NCBI RefSeq assembly: GCF_964213995.1
Contig: NW_027590202.1
Span: forward strand, 558,001-622,000
Length of the DNA stretch: 64,000 nt
DNA from: Mustelus asterias
Taxonomy: Eukaryota
Reading direction: 5' to 3'
The notes beneath the pieces were generated by a model. It was given only the letters and a program-made list of their open reading frames with translations, was not told where the DNA came from and searched no databases. Of the stretch, positions 11,663 through 24,262 are shown piece after piece. Every line of letters starts with the position of its first letter. Position 1 is the stretch's first letter. The position numbers and the translations under genes are program-made.

Positions 11663-13716
11663 CTGTAAGGAAGGGAAATAAACAATGAGATCATACATCA
11701 TGCTGCTGGCAAAATTACCAGTTTGATTGAGGGGTTATTGAGATGTGCTTCTGCATGCTGTAATGTATTAATGTAATCAGACCTGATAGAACAAATGGGC
11801 ACGTCTGTGACACAATGGAAGGAATCTTAGATGAAATAAAATCAGGGTGCGTGGAAAAATGGTGAGGCAGGAATGACACAGGGAGCCAGAGGTGATGGAG
11901 AGATTCTCGAGTGATAAGGGATCCTGGGGTTCGTGGTGGGATGCAGGATGGTGCAGAACTCAGGAGTGATGGGTGTTGGGGTGATTGGGAGGAGCCACGG
12001 GTGATGGGCCTGTTAGGGACAGAGGAGCAATGTTGACAATTTATGTGTTTTCCAAATGATTTGAAACGATTTTTAAATGATTTTGATTTGGACGTGAAAG
12101 AGACTCCAGCATGGTATCTTGTCTTCCTGGTGCCAGGGTCCAGGCAGTCTCTGAACGGGCAGAAAGTATTCTGAAGGGAGAGGGTGAACAGCCAGTGGTT
12201 GTGGTACACATTCGTACTGACAATATAGGTAGGAAGAGTGATGAGGTCCTGCAGCAGCAGTGTAGGGAGTTTAGTCGAAAGTTAAAAAGCAGCACCTCTC
12301 GGGTTGTAATCTCAGGATGACTCCTATGCCACGTGCCAGTGAGGCTAGAAATAGGAAGATAGTACAGCTCAACACGTGGCTGAACAGCTGGTGTAGGAGG
12401 TAAGGTTTCAGATATCTGGACCATTGGGATCGCTTCTGGGGCATGTGGGACCTCTACAAGAAGGATGGGGTGCATCTAAACTGGAAGGGTATAAATATTA
12501 TGGCCGGGAGGTTTGCTCATGTCACACGGGAGGATTTAAACTAGTTTGGCAGGGGAGTGGGAACCAAAGCAAAGGTGAATTAACTGAAGGGGAACCAGAG
12601 AGTAGGGCCACTAAGACTCAGAGAAAGGGCTGTCAGGGTGTGGTTGCTCATGAAAGACGTGACTGAAATGCATTTGTTTCAATGCAACAAGTGTAACAGT
12701 TAAAGCAGATGAACTTAGGGCTTGGATTAGTACTTGGAACTATGATGTTGTTGCTGTTACAGAGACTTGTTTAAGGGAAGGACAGGATTGGCAGCTTAAC
12801 GTTGAGCAGATAGATGTATCAGGCTGGTTCGAGGGAGACATCAAAGGGATGGAGCAGTTAAGGATTAAGGAGAAACTCACAGCTGTACGGTGGGAGGACA
12901 GCCCGGAGGCCCATACAGCGAGGCAATATGGGTAGAGCTCAGGAATAGGAAGGGTGTAGTCACAATGTTGGGGTTTACAATAGGGCGCCCAACAGCCAGC
13001 GGGAGATAGAAGAACAAATATGTAGGCAGAATTTGGCAAGGTGTCAAAGTAACATGGTTGTTGTGGTGGGAGGTTTTAACACACCCCATATTGACTGGGA
13101 CTCACTTAGTGCTAAGGGCGTGGATGGGGCAAGGTTTGTAAGCAGCATCCAGGAGGGCTCCTTGAAACAGTATGTAGAGAGTCCAACCAGGGAAGGGGCC
13201 GTACTGGACCTTGTATTGGGGAATGAGCCCGGCCAGCGAGTCGACGTTTCAGTGGGGGAAGAGTTCTGCAACAGTGACCACAATTCAGTAAGATTTAAGG
13301 TACTGATGGATAAAGATAAGTGTAGTCCTCAAGTGAAGGTGCTAAATTGGGGGAAGGCTAATTACAACAATATTAGGCAGAAACTGAAGAATGTAGATTG
13401 GGGGCAGATATTTGAGGGCAAACCAACTCTTGGCATGTGGGAGGCTTTCAAATGGAAGTTGATAGGGATTCAGGACTGGCACATTGCTGTAAGGATGAAC
13501 GATAAGAATGGTACGTTTTGGCAAATTTGGACAACGAGAGATATTGTGAGCCTATCCAACGAGAAAAAGCAAGCATTTGTCGAGGCTAGGAGGCTGGGAA
13601 GACACAAAGCAAGTGTGAATACAAGGAAAGTGGAACGAAACGTAAGCAAGGAGTAAGGGTTAAAAGGGAAAATCATTGGCCAGCAGGATTAAGGAAAATC
13701 CCAAGGCTTTTTATAC

Positions 13717-15328
13717 AAAGAACAAAGAACAATACAGCACAGGAACAGGCCCTTCGGCCCTCCAAGCCCGCGCCACTCCCCGGTCCAGGATTGAATCCTG
13801 AATCCAGGATCCCGGCCCAGTTTTCCAGCCTATCTACATCCTAATATCCTATCCAGCGAGCTGTCCCTCACAGCTACGATGCTTTGTTCATCACAACCTA
13901 TTAACTCACCCCCACCCCCCCATTCCAGACCATGTGATCTCCAGGGAGAGGCGAAAACCCAGAGTGAAAACCCCAGGGCCAATATGGGGAAAATAAAAAT
14001 CTGGGAAATTCCTCTCCGACACCCTGAGGCGATCGAAACGAGTCCAGGAGATCACACTGGCCCTGATCAGAAAATGCTTCCCAACCCTATTCATTTCCAC
14101 TTCTGCTTTACGAACACCATCTGAATTCCCTGCCCCCGAGACAGGTTCCCAACTATCCGCAGTCTCGCTCTGTACTGGCACCAGCAAGATGATCATAGAA
14201 TGAAGCCTTGAAACGAGAAACAAAGAACAATTCGCCCGCGCCGCTCCCTGGTCCAAACTAGACCACTCTTTTGTATCCCTCCATTCCCACTCCGTTCATA
14301 TAGCTGTCTAGATAAGTCTTAAACGTTCCCAGTGTGTCCGCCTCCACCACCTTGCCCGGCAACACATTCCAGGCCCCCACGACCCTCTGTGTAAAATATG
14401 TCCTTCTGATATCTGTGTTAAACCTCCCCCCCTTCACCTTGAACCTAAGACCCCTCGTGAACGTCACCACCGACCCGGGGAAAAGCTTCCCACCGTTCAC
14501 CCTATCTATGCCTTTCATAATTTTATACACCTCTATTAAGTCTCCCCTCATCCTCCGTCTTTCCAAGGAGAACAACCCCAGTTTCCCCAAGCTCTCCTCA
14601 TAACCAAGCCCCTCCATACCAGGCAACATCCTGGTAAACCTCCTCTGTACTCTCTCCCAGGCCTCCACGTCCTTCTGGTAGTGTGGCGACCAGAACTGGA
14701 CGCAGTATTCCAAATGCGACCGAACCAACGTTCTATACATCTGCAACATCAGACCCCAACTTTTATACTCTATGCCCCGTCCTATAAAGGCAAGCATGCC
14801 ATATGCCTTCTTCACCACCTTCTCCACCTGTGACGTCACCTTCAAAGATCTGTGGACTTGCACACCCAGGTCCCTCTGCGTCTCTACACCCTTTATGGTT
14901 CTTCCATTTATCGTGTAGCTCCTCCCTACATTATTCCCACCAAAATGCATCACTTCGCATTTATCAGGATTGAACTCCATCTGCCATTTCTTTGCCCAAA
15001 TTTCCAGCCTATCTATATCCTTCTGTAGCCTCTGACAATGTTCCTCACTATCTGCAAGTCCTGCCAGTTTTGTGTCGTCCGCAAACTTACTGATCACCCC
15101 AGTTACTCCTTCTTCCAGATCATTTATATAAATCACAAACAGCAGAGGTCCCAATACAGAGCCCTGCGGAACACCACTAGTCACAGGCCTCCAGCCGGAA
15201 AAAGACCCTTCCACTACCACCCTCTGTCTTCTATGACCAAGCCAGTTCTCCACCCATCTAGCCACCTCCCCCTTTATCCCATGAGATCCAACCTTTGTCA
15301 CTAGCCTACCATGAGGGACTTTGTCAAA
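13717..15328 (-). mobile_element. Young 5'-truncated CR1 with a long 3' UTR
   Basis: Uninterrupted RT C-terminal frame 14258-15328, a ~540-bp 3' UTR and a (TTCTTTG)n tail. ATAC is repeated at both junctions. Confidence 0.93.
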
Positions 15329-16136
15329 TACATATATAAAGAGCAAGAGGGTAGCAATGGAAAGGGTTGGCCCACTCAAGGACAGGGGAGGGAATCTGTG
15401 CGTGGAGCCAGAGGAAATGGGCGAGGTATTAAATGAGTACTCTGCATCAGCATTCACCAAAGAGAAGGACTTGGTGGATGATGAGTCTGGGAAAGGGTGT
15501 GCAGATAGTTTGAATAATTTTGAGATTAAAAAGGAGAAAGTATTGGGGTTCTTGGGAAATACTAAGGTAGGCAAGACCCCAGGGCCTAATGAGATTTACC
15601 CCTGAATATTGAGAAAGTCAAAGGAGAAAATTGCTGGGGCCTTGAAAGAAATCTTTGTATCCTCACTGGCTACCGAAGAGGTCCCAGACGATTGGAGAAT
15701 AGCCAATGTTGTTCCTTTGTTTGAGAAGGGTATGAAGATTCCAGGTAATTACAGGCCTGTGAGCCTTACGTCAGTGATCGGGAAATTATTGGAGAGGATT
15801 CTTCGAGACAGGATTTACTCCCACATGGAAATAAGTGGACGTATTAGCGAGAGACAACATAGTTTTGTGATGGGGCCGTCGTGTCTCATTAACTTCATCG
15901 AGTTTTTCGAGGAAGTGACGAAGATGATTGATGAGGGTAGGGCAGTGGATGTTGTGTACATGGACTTCAGTAAGGCCTTTGACAAAGTACCTCATGCCAG
16001 ACTTGTGCAGAAGGTGACGTCGCATGGGATCAGATGTGACCTGGCCAGGTGGATGCAGAACTGGCTCGTTCATAGAATACAGTAAGACGTCTCACAACAC
16101 CAGGTTAAAGTCCAACAGGTTTATTTGGTGGCAAAA

Positions 16137-16182
16137 GCCACTAGCTTTCGGAGTGCTCGCTGCTCTTTCGTCAGGTGAGTGG
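16137..16182 (-). ncRNA. Minimal type I hammerhead ribozyme motif
   Basis: CCACTCAC-CTGACGA-stem II-GAAA-GCTA-GTGG. Confidence 0.75.
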
Positions 16183-17900
16183 GAGATGTGTTCACAAACA
16201 GGGCATATAAAGATACAAACTCAATTTACAAAATAATGGTTGGAATGTGAGTCTTTACATGTAGTCAAGTCTCAAAGGTGCTGACAATGTGGATGGAGAG
16301 AGCGTTAAGCACAGGTTAAAGAGATGTGTATGTCTCCAGACAGGACAGTTAGTGAGATTTTGCAAGCCCAGGCAAGTCGTGGGGGTTACAGATAGTGTGA
16401 CATGAACCCAAGATCCCGGTTGAGGCCATCCTCATGCGTGCGGAACTTGGCTATCAGTTTCTGCTCAGCGACTCTACATTGTCGTGTGTCATTAAGGCCA
16501 CCTTGGAGAACGCTTACCCGAAGATCAGAGGCCGAATGCCCGTGACCGCTGAAGTGTTCCCCAACAGGAAGAGAACAGTCTTGCCCCTGGTGATTGTCGA
16601 GCGGTGTTCTTTCGTCTGTTGTCGCAGCGTCTGCATGGTTTCTCCAATGTACCATGCCTCAGGACATCCTTTCCTGCAGCGTATCACGTCGACGTTGGCC
16701 GAGTTGCAAGAGTATGGACCGTGTACCTGGTGGATGGTGTTCTCACGTGAGATGATGGCATCCGTGTCGATGATCCGGCATGTCTTGCAGAGGTTGCTGT
16801 GATCGGGTTCTGTGGTGTCGTGGTCACTGTTCTCCTGAAGGCTGGGTAGTTTGCTGCAGACAAAAGATCTGTTTGAGGTTGTGTGGCTGTTTGAAGGCAA
16901 GAAGTGGGGGTGTGGGATAGCCTTGGCGAGATGTTCATCTTCATCAATGATGTGTTGAAGGCTCTGCAGAAGATGGCGTAGCTTCTCCGCTCTGGGGAAG
17001 TACTGGATGATGGAGGATACTCTGTCCACCGTGTCCCGTGTTTGTCTTCTGAGGAGTCGGTGCGGTTTTTCGCTGTGGCGTGTCGGACCTGTCGGTTGAT
17101 GAGGTGAGCGCCATATCCTTTTCTTAAGAGGGCATCTTTCAGCCTCTGGAGGTGTCTGTTGCGATCCTCCTCATCAGAGCAGATTCTGTGTATACGGAGC
17201 GCTTGCCCATAGGGGATGGCTTCTTTAACGTGTTTAGGGTGGAAGCTGGAGAAGTGGAGCATCGTGAGGTTATCCGTGGGCTTGCAGTGTCATCATATAG
17301 TGGTTTCAATGATTGTTCACCATGAGTCCAAAGGAAGAAAATGTCATCGATGTATCGAGTGTATAGCGTTGGTTGCCCCCACGATGATGGCATCACTGAT
17401 ACGCTGCAGGAAAGGATGTTCCGAGGCATGGTACATTGGGGAGACCATACAGACGCTCCGACAATGGATGTATGAACACCGCTCGACAATCACCAGGCAA
17501 GAGTGTTCTCTTCCTGTTGGGGAACACTTCAGCGGTCACGGGCACTCGGCCTCTGATCTTCGGGTAAGCGTTCTCCAAGGCGGCCTTCACGACAACACAA
17601 CAACGCAGAGTCGCTGAGCAGAGACTGATAGCCAAGTTCCGCACACATGACGACGGCCTCAACCGGGATCGTGGGTTCATGTCACACTATCTGTAACCCC
17701 CACGACTTGCCTGGGCTTGCAAAATCTCACTAACTGTCCTGTCAGGACACAATGCACAAATCTTTAACGTGTGCTTAACGCTCTCTCCACTCACATTGTC
17801 TGAACCTTTGAGACTTGATTAGCTGTAAAGACTCGCATTCCAACCATTATTTTGTAAATTGAGTTGGTGTCTTTATATGCCCCGTTGGTGAACAGAATTT

Positions 17901-17946
17901 CCACTCACCTGATGAAGGAGCAGCGAGCGCTCCGAAAGCTGGTGGC
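17901..17946 (+). ncRNA. Minimal type I hammerhead motif with a mutated cleavage triplet
   Basis: CCACTCAC-CTGATGA-AGGAGCAGCGAGCGCTCC-GAAA-GCTG-GTGG. Confidence 0.75.
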
Positions 17947-20774
17947 TCTTGCTACCAAATAAACCTGTTGGACTTTAACCTGGTGTTGTGAGACTTCTTA
18001 ATGTGTTTAGCCCAGTCCAACACCGGCATCTCCACATCATGCCGGTCATAGAAGACAGAGGGTAGCAGTGGAAGTGTGCATTTCTGAATAGGGGGCTGTG
18101 ACAGGTGGCGTTCCTCAGGGATCAGTGCGAGACCTTTGCTGTTCGTAATATATATAAATGATTTGAATGAAAATGTAACTGGTTTGATTAGTAAGTTTGA
18201 AGACGACACAAACGTTAGTGGATATGCGAATAGTGATGAGGACCATCAGATGACAGAGTGGGATATACATCGGTTGGTGACTTGGGCAGAGAGATGGCAG
18301 ATGAAGTTTAACCTGGACAAATGTGAGGCAATGCATTTTGGCAGGTCCAATTCAGATAGTAAATATGCAATAAATGGCAGAACCGTTCAGAGAATTGATA
18401 AGCAGAGGGATCTGTGTATACAGGTACACAGGTTACTGAAAGTGGCAATGCAGGTGGAGAAAGGAGTCAAGAAGGCATACGGCATGCTTGTCTTCATCGG
18501 CTGGGGCATTGAGTTTAAAAATTGGCAAGTCGTGGTGCAGCTTTACAGAACCTTAGTTAGGCCGCACTTGGAATAGAGTATTCAAATCTTGTCACCACCC
18601 TACCAGAAGGATGTGGAGGCTTTTGAGAGGGTACAGAAAAGATTCATCAGCATGTTGCCTGGTATGGAGGGAGTCAGCTCTGAGGAGAGGTAGGAGAAAC
18701 TTGGTTTGCATTGGAACGATGGAGGTTGAGGGGTGACCTGATAAAGGATTATGAGGGGCATGGACAGAGTGGATAGTCAGAGGCTTCTTCCCAGCGTGGA
18801 AGAGTCAATTACTTGGGGGCACAGGTTTAAGGTGCGAAGAGCAAGGTTTAAAGGAGATGTATGAGGCACGTTCTTTACACAGAGGGTGGTGGGTGCCTGA
18901 AACTCGCTGCCAGGGGAGGTAGTGGAAGCAGATACGATAGTAGCTTTCAAGGGGCGTCTGGACAAATACATGAATAGGATGGGAATAGAGGGATATGGTA
19001 CCTGGAAGGGTAGGGGGCTTTCGTTCAGTCGGGCAGCATGGTCGATGCAGGCTTGGGGGGCCAAAGGGCCTGTTCCTGTGTTGTAATTTGCTTTGTTCTT
19101 TTTTCTTTTACTTATTCACTGCAATTAGATGCAATTGTGAGAAGAAGTATTTAAACCCATCAGGGGAGTGATTTTTGAGAACTGTCAAAAAACAGGCTTT
19201 CATAGGATAAACATTTATTGATTGCAAAACGTTGGAAATGGAACAATCACTTACTCCTGAAACCCACAGACACGCCCATAAGAAAAGCTGATTTCCATAA
19301 AATTAACATGCACTTAAATTATTAGAAATGCAGAACAGAAAAGATCACGGGGGCTATTGTTCAAAAACATTCTAAGCGTTAAATTCACTGCAAAACTGGA
19401 ACAAATCCTGCTGGTGTTTTCAGTGGGAGTTTCAAAACGAATCGCCAACACTCTGTGCACTCCAGAGAGCCCAAATGTGCTTCACGCTGAAATCAGTATT
19501 CCCACCAGAGAGGCCGCCAGCATGACCATCAGTAGGCCACTGCACGTGCATCGATCTGTCAGTGCTGATATCGGCCCACGTGAAGTGGCCTGCACTGCCA
19601 GCCTCCCGATCGCTGGCCAGCTCGATACTAAAAAATAGCAGTGCGGATACTGAAAATTTAGAATGAAAACAAAAAATGCAGGAAAAGCATAGGAGCTCTT
19701 GCAGCATCTGTGCAGAGTGAAACTGAGTTAACGTTTCAAATCAGTCTGACCTTATCCTTCTGGATGGAAGTGGTCGTGGGTTTGGAAGGTGCTGTGAAAG
19801 GATCTTTGTTGAATTGCTGCAATGCATCTTGTAGATGGTACACACGGCGGCTGCTGAGTTTATCCTCTTTTACCCATGCTTTTACTTGTCTGCTCTTTTT
19901 TTTGTATATGTGGAGGCGCTGCGCGTACGGAACATACTAAATGAACTGTATTGTCTTCCTCCTGTCCGTTTCCATGTTTATATATGGGGAAATCATCAAG
20001 CTGTACTGGACCAGGTTTGAGGGTGTTGCATTATTCGTAAAAATGCCAAAACTTCAATGAAAATATATTTTAAAAATAACATTCGAGGGACGTTCCTCGT
20101 GTTGCTGAACACATGCCCTGCTGAAAGTGACTAACACAGGCGTTCAGTGGACAGGTACAGACCAAGTTACAAAGAAATGTGTCACAGCTGTTAAAACATC
20201 CCCTCCAACATGGATACCACACCGGAGGCAGCGGGAAGTAAATATAAGAGCTTCCCACTTCATTCTCTTTCTTCTGAGCTTCTTTAAGCTGGCAACTTTG
20301 ACCATGTGGATGTAAATATCACAGACAGGTGGGAGAACGAAATTCATTTCATACAGGGAATTGGACAAATCCTGAAGGGGAAGGATTTGCAGGAATCTGG
20401 GGAATGGACAGAGGAACGGGATTAGTTGCAGCAGTAAAACCAAGAATGAGAATATTAGCACGGAGATGAAGGCTTATTCAACGGATGGGCTGGGCTGAGG
20501 CAGAAGTGGGGATGTCTGATATCATTGAGGTGTCTGAAGAAGTATTTGGGATGGAGAGAATATGGGGTTGGAAATCCAGTCAGGATCAAAGGGAGATTGT
20601 AGGTTGTGAGCAGCCTCTGATAGCAACCAAAGCGGTGCGTAGAGCAGCGGGATATGGAATGTAATGAGTGACTGGAGCTGAAGAGAATGAATTCATTCTT
20701 TCCAAAGTGTAAATAACCAGAAAAATAATGCAGTCTGACGCAGTTAGAATAAATAACTGGATAGAGAAACTTAC

Positions 20775-20949
20775 CAGGGACACCAACAATAGCCAGGACG
20801 GGATAATATCCCTCTTGAATACGTATCAGTATATCGTTGATCTGGTAATCCCATGGTCTCTGAACGTCAATGGGCTCGACAACGTTCAAGAGGAAATCGC
20901 CATCGAATGTTGGAAGATTCCAATCTATTGTTCTGAGATTCTGATCCAT
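20775..20949 (-). CDS. GPR139/GPR142-like GPCR, exon 1 (N-terminus and start of TM1)
   Basis: MDQNL...YYPVLAIVGVP followed by G|GTAAG, a phase-1 donor. It joins exon 2 as GVP-V-NLVTIVIL, giving 1062 nt and 353 aa. Confidence 0.88.
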
Positions 20950-21397
20950 TGTTGTAACGTTCCAATCTATTCTCAGATTCTGATCTCTCCTCCCCCTATC
21001 ACTCGAGCTGTGAGTGCCGCAGTTTATGCTCCCATTGAAAAGAATCCCTTATTAATAGAAGAGGGAAACTCTACAGTGACACAGTTGGGATCCATGGAGG
21101 CTGCCATTTATTACACTCACTAAACAAACAAGTTCAGTTAACTCCTTCCAATCCAAAACATTTTGTATCACAATCAAGTCAAACATTTACACGGTATGGG
21201 TTGGATGTATGAGGTTGACTGATGACTGAATGGTGGAAATATCAGATATACTGACCATAATATTTCAATCCTCCTTGGATATGGGAGTGGTGCCAGAGCA
21301 CGGGAGAGCTGTAAATGTTCCATGTTTACAAAAGGAGAAAGGGATAAACCATTGAACCAACAAAGCAGTCAAGGTGAAATGAGCGGGGGGGAAAAGG

Positions 21398-22085
21398 GGG
21401 TTTTCCAGTGTAAAGTGTTGTCCCTGACCGAATGTTGCAGACTGACACATTCCAGAGTCCAGGGCTCCGTGCTGAGGGATGCACTAAAGCTTGGGGCGTC
21501 CACCCCAGATGTGCAAAGGGGTAAGGTTGCTGTGTAAGTCCTTTCAGCCATTGTTATTTGAGGGTGGGGAAACGTAAAGAACCCCTCGGGCCTGATGATT
21601 CACATAGAATGTACACGGTTCATGTCACATGTATCACAATTAACTGAAGCAATCAGAATGCAACTTGATTTTTGCAGACCACTCCAATATTCGTGCACTT
21701 TGTGTGATGGCCATTTTGTTCCGAATGTTCTTTCATATGTTTTCCCAAAAAAAGAATCTTTGCAAGAATAACCATCGAGCAGAGTGAGTGAATAGAAGGG
21801 ACAGGAACCAGCAACTAGGAGAATGGGTGAAAAGAGGACCTGGATGCCGTCACCACCATTTAGAATAGAGTGTACTGAACTGAAATACCTTTGTACCATT
21901 CGTAATGACCATTTTCTAATGTCTGCAATGTTTCTTTGACTGTATTGAAGCGCCTCAGATTGCAACATGATATATTCAGAGAAACTGTATATTATTGCAC
22001 TTTGTGTAATGTCCACTTTGAAATGTTTGGAATGTTCTTCCAGATATTTAACAAATGAAGCATATTTTTGCAAAAACAAAAAAAG
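21398..22085 (+). mobile_element. Tx1/L1-clade LINE 3' end
   Basis: VFQCKVLSLTECCRLTHSRVQGSVLRDALKLG C-terminus, an AT-rich UTR and an A-rich end. Confidence 0.6.
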
Positions 22086-22424
22086 GATTTGGATCTGGAA
22101 GGTCAGGACCCTCATTGACAATCCCAAAAGGGACAAACCAGAATGGTGTACTGCTGTCATTGCCTGGGAGCTCAGGCGTTTCGACATTGACATTACGACT
22201 CTAAGTGAATCCCGGTGGGCTGGGCGAGGCCAGCTAAAGGAACAAGTTGGTGGTTAAACTTTCTCCTGGAAAGGTAAACCAGAAGAATATCGCTGGCTCT
22301 ATGGGGTTGGCTTTGACATCAAAAATAAACGAGCCTGCCATCTCCGAGACACGCTTTGTGGGATAAATGAATTCCTCATGAACATCGGGTCAACGTCGCC
22401 CAGAACCAGTGTGCTGGTTCCAAT

Positions 22425-23145
22425 GTGAAAGCATCGTTTCTTGTGCTGTAGAGTCAAACATACCGTTCATAGTGTAAAGAGGGGAAAATGAAAAGGAGAG
22501 AGTGCAGAATATACAGTTACAGTCATACCTCGGGTGAAGAGAAAGATCAGATTAATAAAAGATAGGAAAATTCAAAAGACTGATGGCAGCAGGTAAGAAG
22601 CTGTTCCTGACTTGTTTGGTACGTATTTTCAGATTCTTGCACCTTTTTTTCCCGATGGAAGAGAGTATATCCGGGATACATGGGGAGCTTGATTATGCTG
22701 GCTGCTTTTCTGATGCAGCATGAAGCGTGGACGGAACCAATCATGGGAGGCTAGTTTGTGCAATGGACTTGGCTCCGTTCGCAACCTCTTGCAGCCTTGG
22801 TCAGAGCAGGAACCATACCAAGCTGCGATATATTCAGAACGGTTGCTTTCTATGGTGCATCTGTAAACAATGGAGAGAGTCGTAGTGGACAACCTGAATT
22901 TTCTCAGCTCCCTGAGAAAGTGGAGGCACTGGTGCGCTTTCCTAACTACACCGTCAGCACGGAGTGACCAGGGCAGGTTGTTGGTGATTCTAACATTTGG
23001 AAAATTGAATATCACCACCATCTCCACTTCATCACCGTTGATGTAAACAGGGACATGTTCTCCACTACGTTTCCTGACGTTGACGACTAGCTCCTTCGAT
23101 TTACTGACATTGAGGGAGAAATTATTGTCCTCGCCCCATTTCACA
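22425..23145 (-). mobile_element. Rex1/Babar-type LINE 3' fragment
   Basis: LNVSKSKELVV...KAHQCLHFLRELRKF...YRCTIES...WYGSC. Confidence 0.85.
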
Positions 23146-23446
23146 ATGAAATTAACCAGCAACTCTATCCTGTTCCTGACAAAACGCCTGGAACACGGCC
23201 TTGTCACAGCCAACACCTTGTTCCGTCAGAGATACATGGCGACACACTATTTCCAACTGAAACCTGTCCAACTATGTCACTGTCTGAGCGAGCGACCGTA
23301 AGGACGTGCGTTATCATCCCCGCCATGGCAGGAGCCAAAGACTGCCGGGCAAACTGCTGTGCAATCCGCTCTGTGATCAGCATCAATGTCGGCCAAAGCA
23401 GCGACAGAAACAGAACCAATACCGCAGAAAAAACAACGCTCAGGTG

Positions 23447-23748
23447 AGGCACAGTGGCACAGTAGTTAGCACTGCTGCCTCACACCGCCGTGGCCCCAGG
23501 TTCAATTCCCGGCCTGGGTCATTGTCTGTGCGGAGTCTGCACATTCTTCCCATGTCTGCGTGGCTTTCCTCCGGGTGGTCCGGTTTTCGCCCACAGCCCG
23601 AAAGACGTGCTGGTTAGGTGCATTGGCCAAGTTAAATTCTCGCTCAGTGTACTCGAATTGGAGTTGAAGTGTGGCGACTGGGGAACTTTTACCGTAAATT
23701 CATTGCAGTGTTAATGTAAGCGTACTTGTGACATTAATAATTAAACTT
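23447..23748 (+). mobile_element. V-SINE (alternative tail)
   Basis: Homologous to 891-1193. Confidence 0.9.
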
Positions 23749-23941
23749 TTTAAAAAACTTTGCTGAGAGAGCCCTATTTAGCCAACACCCCACTGACAAC
23801 CCGATGAATCCTGGTGACCCAGAGATGCAGAGTGTCCACAGTGCCTGTTCCGCCCTCAAGACCTCCAAAGAGACGCTTGGTCACTTGGCCAGGAAACACC
23901 AAGACTGCTGAATGAACGATCGGAGATCCAGCAGCTGGTAA

Positions 23942-24262
23942 GGGCGCAGAGTGGCACAAGGATCCAGGTTCGAGGCCGGCTTTGGGTGACGGTGTGGAGT
24001 TTGCACAGTCTCGCCATGTCTGTGTGTGTTTCCTCCGGGTGCTGTGGTTTCGTTCCAAAATACAAAGATGTGCAGGTTAAGAGGATTGGCCATGCTGAAT
24101 TGCCATCCGTGTCCCAAGCTCTCTCGGTTAGGTCGAATGGCCATGGAAACTGAGTGGGGTTACTGAAAATGGCGGGGTTGAAGTGGGCCTGTTTAAGGTG
24201 CTGAGTCAGTACAGACTCATGAGGCTGAATGGCCTCCTTCTGCACTGTAGGGATTCTATGGT
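23942..24262 (+). mobile_element. HE1-type V-SINE
   Basis: Homologous to 2240-2562. Confidence 0.85.

Larger units (their letters stand above)
16078..18042. mobile_element. Penelope-like element, truncated, with inverted 3' arms
   Basis: RT motif YIDDIF and GIY-YIG motif WYIGET on the minus strand, with the GIY-YIG and 3' end repeated on plus at ~17395-18042. TSD CG(T/G)TCATAGAA lies at 16067-16077 and 18043-18053. Confidence 0.93.
12090..19100 (+). mobile_element. Near full-length degenerate CR1 (ORF1 esterase, endonuclease, RT, 3' tail) carrying two nested insertions
   Basis: CLPGARV..VVVHI (ORF1), endonuclease at ~12670-13300, RT at 15329-16077 and 18043-18990, then a TTTGTTCTT tail. Confidence 0.92.

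Noticed and set aside
14258-15574. 438-aa ORF as a novel fusion protein
   Set aside because: The first ~80 codons are antisense host CR1 read through by chance into the nested CR1 RT.
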